Source: an uncultured Clostridia bacterium (GTDB lineage: Bacteria; Bacillota; Clostridia; Christensenellales; DTU072). Taken from it: DNA of 64,000 nucleotides. Shown here in pieces: positions 32,501 to 41,300 of this stretch. Within the stretch, counting starts at the first letter, position 1. Every line of letters begins with the position of its first letter. Under the pieces are notes generated by a model. It made no database searches, was not told where the DNA came from, and saw only the letters and a program-made list of their open reading frames with translations. The position numbers and the translations under genes are program-made. The stretch lies in contig CALVYG010000049.1 in NCBI GenBank assembly GCA_944372095.1, positions 954-64,953 on the forward strand, read 5' to 3'.

Positions 32501-33976
32501 TTCATCCCCGACATCACCGTTGTTATAAGTCGGTATAAGCGTAATCCCCGACAAAGAGAAAACATCTCCTTCACTGTATACTCTTTTCCCTGAATTTATA
32601 ATTTCCAAAGAAACAATTGTTTTCGCTAATATTTCGATTTCAACATCATAATAAAGCACTGACGAATTGGAAGCGGTTATCTTAAAACCTAAAGTTTGTT
32701 TTCCGACTTTAAAGGTATCGATATCTTCCGTATTTCCAATAAACATCTCTTCATTTACAGGAGATTCGGTTACCCCTCCAAGTACTTGTTTTTTTCCGTT
32801 ATTAAGATAAATACTGTACTCCCACTGGGTTATGTCTATATTTTCTCCTTGGTAATAAGTAACAGCTAAAGGCAAAATAACCAACCTTTCAGGACTCGGA
32901 GAAATGACGTTAATTTGATATTTGAACTCAATTCCGCCCACAGATATGCCGAGATTATATTTCCCTACCGCATTTATATCGCAGGCAGAAGTATCGAGAG
33001 TTATTCTCTCATCGTTAAAAGACATATCGTGAACTTCTTTATTGTTATAGGTAACCGTTACTATTCCGGCAGAAAAATCAAATGCGTCTGACCCCATAAT
33101 CTGGTCTGAAACATCATGAGTAACCGCAGCAGATGTCGCTTTTATGTCTTCAACACTGATAATATAAGAAAACGCTTGTCCGTCATAATAAATTGTGACG
33201 GTACAAGCAAGTTGGCTTTTAGTTAAAAGCGTCGACGTTTCATTGTCTACCAAAACACTTATTTTATTGGTGTCGAACAAATTTTTCAAATCAAGATATT
33301 CCGATGAATTATCGTTATATGAAACAAAAATTGTTCCGCCGGTAAAATCAACTGTATCACCTACTATATAAGTAAGTTTTGAAGGCGCCTGCAATTGTCT
33401 TTGCATGACTTTTTTAGGAACAATTGTAACAGTCATATTGCAAGTTTTGTTACCGTATGAAACAACAAGCTGTTTTTCTCCAGGGGCAGAGGAATCAAAG
33501 CCGGAAACCATATTTTCTTCCACGGGTAAAATTGCCGTTCTTCCGTTAGAATATGTAACAAGCATATTGAGGTCTTTAACGCTTAACGATTCACCTACAA
33601 CATATTCTGTCTTATGCAAGGTGGATTCAATCTGTAATGAATAAACAGGCGCTGTTTTAACATTTACCGTAAGATACTCGGAAACATCTTTATATCTGAT
33701 TGTTAAAGTCTGCTCTCCAAGTTTATTTGAATTAAAACCGGAAATCATAGTTGCTTCAAGCGGAACCGTTTCTGTCTTTCCGTTTTCATAAGTAACTGTA
33801 AGTTTTGCATTGCCGAGTTCAAAAGCGTCCCCGAGATAATAATCGGTTTTAGGCAAAGTGCTTACAACAATTTTAACAACGGAAACCTCCCCGCCTGTAT
33901 CGCTACAAGAAACAAACATTGTAAGCGCAACGGCAACAATCAAAATAAGAAAGATGACAGAATATCTTTTCCTCAT
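20519..33976 (-). CDS. Giant surface lipoprotein (~4485 aa): N-terminal array of Ig-like (Big_3-like) domains, many MBG/YDG-type adhesin repeats, and a non-repetitive C-terminal ~1100 aa
   Basis: Single uninterrupted 13.5-kb ORF. I place the start at MRKRYSVIFLILIVAVALTMFVSC (ATG 33976, GGAGG RBS), a signal peptide with lipobox Cys. About 8 repeats of ~90 aa follow, like LPKTDYYLGDAFELGNAKLTVTYENGKTETVPL...ISGFNSNKLGEQTLTIRY. Later repeats include KRPIVIAVESVSKVYGDSDPDY and KTVNLYGFGTLNNKVYDGNPASV. There is no LPXTG or C-terminal TM. Stop is TGA. Confidence 0.85.
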   Translation of the reverse strand: MRKRYSVIFLILIVAVALTMFVSCSDTGGEVSVVKIVVSTLPKTDYYLGDAFELGNAKLTVTYENGKTETVPLEATMISGFNSNKLGEQTLTIRYKDVSEYLTVNVKTAPVYSLQIESTLHKTEYVVGESLSVKDLNMLVTYSNGRTAILPVEENMVSGFDSSAPGEKQLVVSYGNKTCNMTVTIVPKKVMQRQLQAPSKLTYIVGDTVDFTGGTIFVSYNDNSSEYLDLKNLFDTNKISVLVDNETSTLLTKSQLACTVTIYYDGQAFSYIISVEDIKATSAAVTHDVSDQIMGSDAFDFSAGIVTVTYNNKEVHDMSFNDERITLDTSACDINAVGKYNLGISVGGIEFKYQINVISPSPERLVILPLAVTYYQGENIDITQWEYSIYLNNGKKQVLGGVTESPVNEEMFIGNTEDIDTFKVGKQTLGFKITASNSSVLYYDVEIEILAKTIVSLEIINSGKRVYSEGDVFSLSGITLIPTYNNGDVGDEAAVTSPMLRDESGNVLDTTKLLKNAGETGKTEKTVYVQFDDAIYDTSFTGSFTILLVRKAVSLEFITTPRTEYILGEQFDCSDWDIKITFGDGTTTTVSGKNNGLSGEEWQFVFIKNKGTADEIITDGFDGTGKYEVVLYYGGGSVSLSCEYNVTNEIVSISLNEVHLGFFTEGTEIIPEGTEITVIRENGETEIIPITKGRLSINVAPVYLPTGEYTSSYFRADELAANDYANDIWEEKHKEYYVFENGNYTVAEPVYDLTQEYFINIAAKYSEIWNDVWFNFYVDENGTKIKAEKQYEVQEFYYLADNKKITVYYGGKEAEVFYTVVPKTITSVNALSYKEEYILSDNEWDIKNLSLNVGFDNATALTVRGIESGNSALLMTDEKGWYFTYNSMRYGVEIGVFDNKEFISFTFAEFAEELRDKIESGNDKFHSRTFVIKIADAVNEAAIISAGFDIYCFEELISYIKLVAGEFSEDVFNSYKNQTVYINEGKGLLEEGFVLDDDGNKQLIKNSLYLFVYSDDGSSEYYALGEAEKVSSSFELSDYSDTAIQQAITVGFLRKACTIGLELRLNVISSVKVTVIDGTRLSVIEKMDINPDDMIIEVSYTDADGVPLEETKIVDFRQVECEGYSKYDNWEFGDDGTVNTFIKISYGGFACENEIPLTVKRKSLVSINLTSMPRLEYVENPTDDISLQTKIDFTGGKVSLRFDNGTTQVLDLSDGNLSKNTNNFNANKELTGGSQEQQTIYVSYTYYGVTQQTSYNVIIVDRKYVSIQYDQSLGYEKKLICEYGAGEEVLPEPTVLYYQSFNSSVATELERGAADTLGQYHVSYRNAEGVLSDEWPTAVGIYTVRYTYFENSGDANNNAFSDETVTIEIKKKELAIVIEDFSFVYGEILNGNNDDALKNIKNSSGNLKWKMTAVTNGIPEGEAYCYGDTDDDVISEIKLYIYDKNTGVRKTLIEYNGDEGYKVLVNLSVGEYVIKPEISLVENANYELSALVSYAEADLTVIKRPIVIAVESVSKVYGDSDPDYQFRVYNYEDVIGILGDIDLNLVSGNQIIIREETDGLKPIGTKKGIHFAYDNLIYTGDGIFDLTSEIIYTDTSTLEYNLTRATTDTDDAGDVHPIYSGAPETLSNYEIMYCGGNLEIEQALILVAGEDLIKNFGTSKFIYNDGRETVLSEKMKFFASKETPVLGGDSFESLFENYFDDGSIIYYNYSTGQYALEIVGECDDWGILYKNVKIYRDKACTDFAADWGYKKFTVSGLEYEGNYSLLPFNLPAGEYYVLIDTSSLTLKNYALDSYEAEGEKYSFSIHINKITAEINVKSFVVSGNSQIKDQNNGTNGRLLASYFAGDDFTVEIIDKDTFDTEIDALFKDNIISITYLDIDGSAVEYRLSKEVLLSQFEFIRDTGDLNVGIHNVNTKNTGNDFDIALYSEYSSEIENPKPYVQHFYDSWKNRYEILALTGDYSTGAYILVIPEFIKIGYGKSLSYDSEGKAVFTLSEAYARKYRSDFDLTSYCSLDGASYTPYAYKDGISYQIVHTDIQYASSNSMVAGIYTGTMTYSYFDTDTKNYLYLGSTMVLEASAAAHILNYIFDETYGSGTGTKPMTYTESFKYEVTTVKLKMKVVDTTSIFNEENQTVSIQIINGDICPGDSLSLTFDLEITYNQKDTETLKNIGLASYSIDNGEAVASGLFTLVNAGNYIVKVVDLGNTNYSFDFDEDGQVASYAGMVNIKPIDIPIYINYPVDDGDGNPLTITKTYQAGESGINPIDTAWKKASDSNSYYSYGTTTCYIVKEYYSSADKTELLYGNLDFMPSNLIISTADENGNYPRNVKRDEDGNIEGYPISYRIVNSDFINYAVVFVYKTGEGNNFEFIKFADGDGYELVIQPKTVNLYGFGTLNNKVYDGNPASVRSTDSALTLIGDYNTDKINKNNLVFTYERPQSEMMIGDYQYIRDNDGISASANITDAGTLMVRASYMDDLGNMNYDIVFADESVQYVDENGVRHNNIGIYTIYPGTVTFDLKNAVNPYLSRQYDGYGLTNRENLTFTGTANELIVLGNGPIDSISEMVYKLELKGYGTSTASFKPIPERTEIGTTTYGNEKYNVGYYWYNFRGVFLPEGNADGEYITFESKDPEADDWLSWNYRFAVQQPTGSSVDYHGCDGIYYISPRDVYVVINPTDNADGTLNVNADEENVPSVGNSQYQYLITYNGYTYGVNVTDGTSSGDGKYYFDLAKSLNANEKNGLFKYGLYVYDSSSSEFTNIKYIENLKSYYTCVEEGFNFGATSGIYDANSSPVNAGINALIEANKNFNFVNSNISFRVRARKVNLRLSLINIVTRENEMTYGTSFGAGEGLYFSFDYADGKYEFINGYDTNLSTINNIINEIINSSGGQLTLLDDGRVCSGFPVYVAASMVDESKYITVDGVKYVKISGETMNSLSANKYDSNNQIIERYLTGGTGLSSDTSKYEIVIEGTNFRISRKEIEIIGVERAYFDKDTDNYKFKVNVPDMDEDEANSILEIENSAGNMLKDYIIDNTSIAVAAGTWVRGSNDQYYVRIPSSMFTSNDSNYIVRTTVVNESLVESEWDGISVNNGIYVYLPLTVAKAKIIIDYQINSEVMYGDIFDSGETVYNGLPTLNSFGIYTYINHATGEEIKENGIYNVNNDSSGITLQQEQNLIRTGVSNAILLDLLREKAANSEVSEQGYSYNLGEFVSETPIFDNYEIVWGIFNYIVVKKEIEISMNVVEKSYSIGEGVYNDYFSALWSERNQLYYAGEIDSTDTRDRRLGYTVSIEPFSVNGTEYNNLAEQIALILGAEYNIDSKEFEYNGMTYKNINEFMSAICNYSIYVYREGDETLAESGGTIRFIALSGLESENFELKFKRSEIMLYPEIEGIGRYTTDSGYANLIADTESTREGVIVNISENTISGLSILLRYNFGGFIDDNQIQYVDTKRSADYSVDSYAGMTYDRRLTIKYIPEYSSVNLSESGQPAIGDVLTVQIILEESFYGGEIVRLLESNYFSVTMKQEGTKQTGYSDTILDKASGGVLKRENIDGTEGLGDYLSQQAAVYKLADSSGSDYIGKFDIINLRARLVPVNAGESARKFEIILYENDFGKLVLGYKPDMSYVRMMYNEFYIEAKNNYPGFEEGEIMLKDELAEYCRFELATKDDIMNDLGLDLSMENIDLSDYDIPDNLFYEKIGNGFILTKDEKFISAKSYYYKKVVEDLGDDISSQIADLYVNYSESVISSNLINLFDGGNHSFSIYIDKVGAFSNVGYNYVDGIPTSIFDEENGEIIGETKVNKTTITADRIFTVRVSVDERTYIYSFIGEPYDYSLKETYNHYNDGRGDEYIKEYTTYLANFFTGTGKVGIDYDSLKVMISKFTIQNRLIGTATNNRYIANVVFWPAGEDSNDIPYITNEGTAQNISEILSQVGNVTISGGEEAMDAYNSKYNDEKNIISVTETTTNIENIPSYVTTEPGLYIIKYVTKYNYGNNQEYELNEKTIRVLITENNSEQIILDGKKIDSSSPQSYSDGYYFTNDLQNEMSGVSGLTYIFDSVKFNSDSGVIWMYFKLTDTEYRNLSNRYPELPEASGIALRIEKKLIGGIPSTTARVMVSRQLPNDIGSYDRLQWNGTEKTINFAEDSSVVNILKITLTRVERDIQTGDVIAKDDNGIRMYDDTVITFRLYQHTTDGTELVFEDYVKTGFGTEVDSGSGISRTEIENVVLKPGSAHYAGIGLENASIRLVDMFSNMPVNTSVDYVGYTNEDLENNNLIKGSYTGNDEILTSGKIYMATDKYDTPMVYAGNAVNIRFKAEGTQGGFRYYFGMNTPYYISNLSPFGDIQNQRGLMIEYNKETGSLMLYFYKYNTLYRRQEIFNEESGINLCDGQEHQITMIIDYYEVLERPDSSSSVPKDNYEVKIFIDSMAEKIGYIPVGNDLSNIEADDYSSSNDSENNKDLLFMKGAYYMGFEVLGDIELSVYDCIGFQQNTANS

Positions 33977-34172
33977 TTTCACGTATGACCTCCGACAAAA
34001 GGGCATAATATACCCTTATATAATATTTCATATATATAATAACATAGTACAAACTTTAAATCAAGTTTTAATATTTATTTAATATGCGAAAAAAAACACC
34101 GAAAAAGCAGACAATATGCACCATAGAATGAATATCGCTTTTAAATAAAATCAAATAAAAATAATAAAAAAT

Positions 34173-35381
34173 TTAATATTTTTTTCTAAATAATGCGACC
34201 AAAATCACAACAATCAATATTGCAGCGACACCTATTGTTCCTGCAATAATGTATGTCGTTAACCCTATTCCCTCAATAGGCGTAATTATCAGAAAATCAC
34301 CCATATCTGCCGCATTAAAAATCAGATATTCTTCTGAAAGAGAGGCATTTAATATATCGGTATTTCCGTTATTGTACAGTGCTATTACGCGGTAACTATT
34401 TTTATTTTTTAAATTATCGGCAAGACGAATTCTTACAGTTGCGGAAACATTGTCCGCCAAACTTCCGTCTATGCTGCTTATAACGGAAATATTATAGCAA
34501 GCCACTACTTCGTTGTCCGTAAGGATAGTTCCGCTATTTGCATATTTTCTTTCAACGTCCGACTCTATTTCTACATATTCCGCACTTGACGTGCTTGTCC
34601 CGATATCTTTAAAATTTAATGAATACACTGAACTGAAACTTCCGTTTAAGGCTACCAAAATATCATTTTCGGAGACCAGTTTCAACTCAGGGACCAATGT
34701 TCTTGTAATTGTGAGTGTAGATTTTTCATAAGAAAAATTATAATAATCACTCCTTGCATTTCCGGCTACTACTGTATATTTTTCAACAGGCGTTTTAGGC
34801 AATGTCTCCACATATGCTTTATTTGTTAAAACATCGTCATTCAGTGTCCTTACCGTCACGCCGTTTACGGTCTCAATCCTTACGTCCTTATCTACAGCTC
34901 CTACGTAGTCATAATTTATTTTTATATTTTTAATTTCACTTTCTTCGATAGTTAAATCTGTTGTGCCGTTAAGCAGAACTGTTACGGAAATATTTCTTTT
35001 TGAGATTTCAAATGAAACTTCTTCGCTTTGATATATTCTGTCATTATAAAAATATTTGAAAACGCATTTATAGTTTTTTCCGGGTTTAATCGCATTCATA
35101 TCCGAAATCAATGTTATTTTTTCTGCATCGGGAGTAATTTCCGTGCCGTTTAATGTGAAAGTAAATGCATCTAAAAATGTTTTTTTCGATTCCTCGGATA
35201 TGATATAATTTTCACCTATGTAATATAAATTTGATGACTGTTTTACTGAAAAATCATTTAAATCTTCCCGAGCATAGGCAATATCTTTTTCATTTAATGA
35301 AAACAAACTTAACGTAATTATAAATATTAACGTTGTAATCCCTAATATGACTTTTAATACTTCTCTAATAATATAACTCAT
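34173..35381 (-). CDS. Membrane-anchored surface protein (402 aa): N-terminal signal/anchor, one MBG-like repeat, C-terminal TM helix plus basic tail
   Basis: N-terminus is VILGITTLIFIITLSLFSL. An ISKRNISVTVLLNG...STLTITR module follows. The C-terminus is GLTTYIIAGTIGVAAILIVVILVALFRKKY. Its ATG directly abuts the TAA of the upstream 3096-aa gene. Confidence 0.75.
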   Translation of the reverse strand: MSYIIREVLKVILGITTLIFIITLSLFSLNEKDIAYAREDLNDFSVKQSSNLYYIGENYIISEESKKTFLDAFTFTLNGTEITPDAEKITLISDMNAIKPGKNYKCVFKYFYNDRIYQSEEVSFEISKRNISVTVLLNGTTDLTIEESEIKNIKINYDYVGAVDKDVRIETVNGVTVRTLNDDVLTNKAYVETLPKTPVEKYTVVAGNARSDYYNFSYEKSTLTITRTLVPELKLVSENDILVALNGSFSSVYSLNFKDIGTSTSSAEYVEIESDVERKYANSGTILTDNEVVACYNISVISSIDGSLADNVSATVRIRLADNLKNKNSYRVIALYNNGNTDILNASLSEEYLIFNAADMGDFLIITPIEGIGLTTYIIAGTIGVAAILIVVILVALFRKKY

Positions 35382-38300
35382 TTATGCCTTTTTCACTACT
35401 ATAATTATTGCACATGCTATCAGAACGACCGCAACGGCTATTCCGACATACAGCAACCAGTCATACTGATTGTCGTTTACTTCTTCTGCCTCTCTCAATA
35501 CACTTACTGCTTTAACTAACGGCTCTGCCGTTTCCACGACAAGATAATCTCCTTCCTGTCTTCCGTTAACCACGCTAACGCTGCCGTCCGATGCCATAAC
35601 TGCCACATAATACTCTCCATCGGAATTACTTGCCTGAGCAAATAATTCAGGCATATATAATTTAATACTGGTAGTACCGCCTGTTGTTGTAGGAATATAA
35701 TTCTCATAACTAAATACATATATATCTTTTAATATATTATTTATATATTCTCCGTGAGTACTTACAAAAGAATTAAACGCTTCATTCATATCGGCATATT
35801 CTGTATTCTGTTTCTTAGATACGTTAATTTGAGTATTTACAGAGAATGAACCCTCAATTATAACGCTAACAGTATCGGAAGAAGTATTATCTGTCGCTTC
35901 TAATTTTGTTTTGTTTATGGTAAGAATTCCAAACGTATAATTGAGATTATAATTATTTGAAATTCCTCCGTAAGCAGTAATTTTATATGACCCGGGCGCC
36001 GTAGGCATTGTATCAACAATGTCTCCGTCTGTAGTATAATATCTGTACTGCAAGCCGCTTACCACGCTTGAAATAGCTTCATTTGTCAGACATCCCACCA
36101 TTGTAGCAGTTGGAGAATATACCGTTCCTTCGTTAACAGTAATATCATTAACTTTAATTGTTAACTCTGCTTTTTCAATTATAAAATTACACCATACAGG
36201 GTCAGTGATATAATAATTTTCAAGTATCTCATAGGCCTTTACCCTGTACTCACCTGCGGAAGAAGGGTTCGCGCCGATACTCGTTATCTCTCCGTTTTCG
36301 TTTATTGTATAATTATCAGGAACCCAAACTCCTTCAATAAGTTTATCAAATATTAATTTCGGATAATACTCTTCACCGTTATCAATAAAATACATTCTGA
36401 TACTCACGCTTGTTCCTGTATATTTATACCTGGGCGCGACATCATAATTAATTGTGGTATCCCTTCTGGAAATAGTAAAATATTCCGTCGCGCGTTTGTA
36501 AGCAAAGTTATCCGTTTCCTGATGTATTGCCTCCGCTATATATGTTCCTGCAGGCGCTATTGAAATATCCGGAACAAGGTCGCCCTGTTCTCCTTCTTCG
36601 GTTAAGTAATAATAATTAACTCCGAGTACGGTACTATACCCTTTAACCCCGTTTGCCACCGCTGTAAGCCCTTCGGTAACATTACCATACATTTGTATTC
36701 CTTCCCCGCCAAAATTAATTTCAACTTCTGCTTGTAATATTTCAAGATAACCTGTTTGCGGCGACTCCGAGTAGTTTTTATTGGTTATAGTAACTATAAC
36801 CTCATAATAATCACAATTTGTAGGAGCTATATCACTGTCCCAATTTGATTTTTCCGACTTATACCATACAGTATAATCTCCGTTTTCTACAGTAAGTATT
36901 TCACCATTCACGCCGTCTACTTCAACAATTGCCGGCTGAGGTTCCCCATTATATGTTACCCTTAAAATATTTACTATTTGACCTTGCTTATTTAAAAATC
37001 TTACTGTTGCACGGGCAGGATTAATAACACCGCATAACCTGATATAAGTAACTCCTTCATTTGTGAACGTATCGGACATATCCATTGATAACTGATAGTT
37101 CTCGGCATCGTCACCTAGTAATACCGGTTCGACATATAGGTAAACGTCAATATCGCTCATTACTTCATATTCGTCATAAACATCCTTACGCGCATATCGA
37201 CTGAGCGCATAATTGATTTTCAGACTGATAAAGTCTCCCGCCACAAGTCCGGTATCTCCGCTTTGTTTGCTGAAAGAATAGTTTCCTGCGACATCTGTTC
37301 CCTGCGGGACCACACTGTTTTCAATTACTTTATCAGTTCCGTCATATTCTTTCGAAATTTTATCATTTGTTCCTGCAACATAAGATACACCGACAAGTCG
37401 TTTTGTAATGTTCAACACCGGATACAGCGTTTTGCCGTCTTCTTCCGCATATTTCACCACAATTTTATAGTTATCCGCATAACCGTATTGCCCTTCTGAA
37501 ATGACAATTTTAATATAATATTCACCTGCATTCACAGGCATATAAGTTGTACCGTCTTCGTTAATTAATTCTTCACCTGTTTCGGCATCGACAAAAACAA
37601 ATAAAGGATTAACCAGTCCTAACATCGAAATACCTGTACAATAACCGTCGGGAATCGTGTCGGGTCTGAATTTTATTTGCTGCGTGCTCTTATTGTCCGC
37701 TCTGTCATCATCACCTTTAAATCCTTCGTATTTAACTCCGAATGTGGGATAAACACCTTCAACACCCGTATAAGTCATATTGGCATAACCTCTGCTGACT
37801 AAACCGTACTCGTCAACAAATTCTAAAATTAATTCGCTTTTTTCCACGGCAAAAACCCAATAAAAAGGTTCTTCTATACCTATATAATTACGACTTGAAC
37901 CTATTGAAATGCGGAATAAATAATAATCGACATTTATCGCTCCCGCAACATCTCTGATTGCATCGGCATCTGTATAATCGGTTCTTGACGGGTCATAATT
38001 GTTTATACGACCAATGAAAGTAACTTCCTTTGTAAAACTGGCATCTTCTCCTATATCAAGGTCGCTTCCGTCCCAACCATACCTCTTAATATCGGGAGTC
38101 AGCGCAATCCCCGCATACGGTTTTGATTCGTCAATCACTACGCAAGGATAACTTCCGCCTATACTTAATTGTAATTTCTTTATTTCAAAATCTAATGTAT
38201 TTGAATATTCAAATGCATAATCGGTATAATATACGTTAATTCCGTCTACCATGACAGTACTGACAGGCTCTTTCCCTTCCATAGCTTTAACATAATAGTC

Positions 38301-41300
38301 GGTTCCTGCACTCTTTTTCTGTCCTTGCGGGTCGTTATCTGTTTTTAATCCGCCTGCTTCCCAATCGATTTTCGGCATTTCGGTTATTAAGGGTAAAAGA
38401 ATATTTCCATCATTTCCTGCCCAATTTTCAAACGTAAAGAAAAATTTATCTTCAACCGATTCATTTGTCATTCCGTAGAATTTATAACTCAAATCTTCAG
38501 GTTTATCCGGCTCTGCTCCTGTTTCAGGGTCTCTTGTATTAATATTAATTATAAGCCTGCGAGCATCTATTCGGACTTTATATACCAACTTGTATGTGAT
38601 ATAGTTATTATTATATGTTGAATTCCTTCCCTCGAATGCAGCTTCCGTGGTATCGTTGAAATTGGCAATAAAAGTAATGTAAAATTCGTTAACATGGGTA
38701 AGATTAATATAGGTATTTTCTATCCATTTATCTACCACTTCACCGTTTTCACTTTTGAAATACAAATATGAATAATCATTTATATATTCCGGAGTAGTTG
38801 ACATATATGCTCTGACGTTAATTATTTCTCCGTTCGTTGAATCTTCTCCCAAAACCCTCATAGTTTCTTTGAACCATAATTCTTCGGAATCGTATGTTTT
38901 AGAGTATGTTCCAAGATATCCGTTACCGTTTTCCTCACTATTGACTACTACACTGTTACTTGCACTCACAACTATATTTATATCGTCAGACCTTTCAATC
39001 ACCAGGTATAATACAAAGTATGCTTCATAATCTTCGTCCGGAGTATATAATGAACCTTCGAATTTTGATTGTGACGTGCGATTTTTGAAACGTAAATTAT
39101 TACGCATATTAACGACATCTTCACCTTCTGATGCAACAGCATTATTTATTGTAGCTTTAACCAGAACCACATATAATCCTGCGTCCTTAATAATATCCCC
39201 TTCCGATGCCGCTCTGAAATCTCCGGGCAAACCAAGTTCATATTCGGCAAACATTTGTAATTTACTATCTGCAAAATTTTCTTCTTCTGTATACATATAA
39301 GAAAATTTCGGAATAGAATCAATATAAGCAACTTCAAGCTTTGCCCAACTACCCGGAAGTATAACATCATTATTTTCAAGAGTCGTTCCTTTATAATACT
39401 CCCCGAATTCTTTTAACGCATATTCATCATCGATAAATTCATCATCCCAAATAGGGTTAATAACCGTTCCCGAATAATTCCCTGATTGATGTTCCAATAA
39501 ATCGACTTCTAAGATTTCAACGCTGAAAATTACCACTTGAGTTTTAGTTCTTGAATAGTTAGTGGCACTTCCGCCTGCCGATTCAGACGGGGACGCATAA
39601 ACCTTTAATAAATATCCACCTTTGTTACCGTAAATATCGTAAAATACATTTTTGATATTCCTGTTAAGAATCGACGCATTATCGTCTTCGTTTATTTCTA
39701 TATATATTTTTCTTCCTTCAACTATATCTATATATGCTTCTCGTCCATTGTCCGATTCAATTTCAAAATCGGGCTCTATATTTTCCGATAAATATGTTTT
39801 AGTTAACGATAAATTATTTTCATCGTAATAATAATATCCTACTCCGTCATTATAAATATATATTTCTTCTCTCGTAATGGTAATTTTTGCTTTTTCTCTG
39901 TCATTATCGACATAATAGTAATACAAGGATCCATTAGCGTATAACTTATATTCAACGTTCTCTATTACTGCATAAATTTCGGAACCTTTCTTTTCAACGT
40001 TAACTTCTGTTCCATTTTCGTCAAAATATGTTTCAAAATAGAAATAATAATCTCCCGTTTGACTTTCTGCCGGTCCGGAGGAAATTATCCCTTCCTTTAT
40101 AATTACCGTATCAGAAGAAAAATCTCTTACAAAAATATGGTACTTCCCATCCGTTCCTTTTGCATAATACGCTGCGATATATTGAGTTAAATTCGCCGGC
40201 GCAGGCAAACCGTCTTCCGTCAGCACGTTTGATTCGGGAATCAAATTGGTCCCGTCATAAGAAACCTGCTGACTCGGATTAATATCTAAAACAAGCGTTT
40301 GTCTTTTTACATATAAATCCCCTGCGATATAATTAAATCTGTAATTTTGCTTATATGCTCCACTGAGAATTACAGCTCCGGATTTTCTTCCTGCTTGATC
40401 TACATACTCTCCTCCGACAATAAAGCACGATGTATCAATCGACACTACCGCTTCCTTATCCGTTTCCGGTGAAAAACTGTCTCCGTCGGCTAACCCTACA
40501 TAATAAAGTCTTATTAACGAAGTATCATATAAACCGGAAGTCGGATCGTCATTTTTGTAATATATATATGTTCTAATATAATCTCCGCCAACGTTTGTAG
40601 GATATAATTCATATGTGTTGGGATCCATATATGCAATATAATTTTCAAGTTCGGCAGACGTAAGAAACTTCATTCTATCCTCTGATACGTCCGCCTTTAT
40701 TTCATTGTCAGGATCGTAATTTGACATATAAGTTCGAATAGCGGCCGTTGCATATACTGTAATTTCTGCACAATATACACGAATCGTAACAGTTGTTGTA
40801 ACTTTTTTATAGTTGGTGGTTTCTGGCGTACTGACTTCCAAAATGTAATCACCCGCTAAACGCATATTATAGATATCTCTAGTAAATTCACTGGGATCAT
40901 AAACTCTGTCGTCGCTTACATCTTCCGTTTCTCCACCGATTGAAAATCCAATAACATTAATTAAACTCATGAAATTCGATGAGCCGTCGGGTTGAAGAAA
41001 TTCTGAGTTTTGTCTTATTGCTTCATATTCGTCATGCCTTGTAATAAGTATAAATGATTTTTGTATATCCGACGTATATACCAAACTTATTTTATCTGTT
41101 TTATCATAAACCAGATTTCTGCCTTTATCCACATCTTCTTCTTGTATATCAAAAACTTCCTCAGGTAATTTTACCACCTTTGTAATTTCTATACCAATAT
41201 CATTTCCGTTTATTGTTTCATCGGTTATTTCGTCTTTCAGGACTATGTTATAATTAAGAATGGTAATTGAATTTATCACAGACAAATGATAGAACCCTGC

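Noticed and set aside
24554-33644. Numerous 60-90-aa plus-strand ORFs inside the giant genes. The same applies to 35516-43433, 49919-50596 (225 aa antisense to pfkA), 9307-9852 and 59184-59690.
   Set aside because: They are antisense to long, clearly coding minus-strand ORFs. Their composition is low-complexity and Phe/Ile/Leu/Ser-rich, as expected from the reverse of Tyr/Asn/Asp/Glu-rich genes. No RBS or family motifs are present.
35382-35480. Sortase (LPXTG-type) cell-wall sorting signals at the C-termini of the 3096-aa and 402-aa proteins
   Set aside because: Each has a hydrophobic helix plus a basic tail, but no LPXTG, NPXTG or similar motif precedes the helix. I therefore call them TM-anchored.
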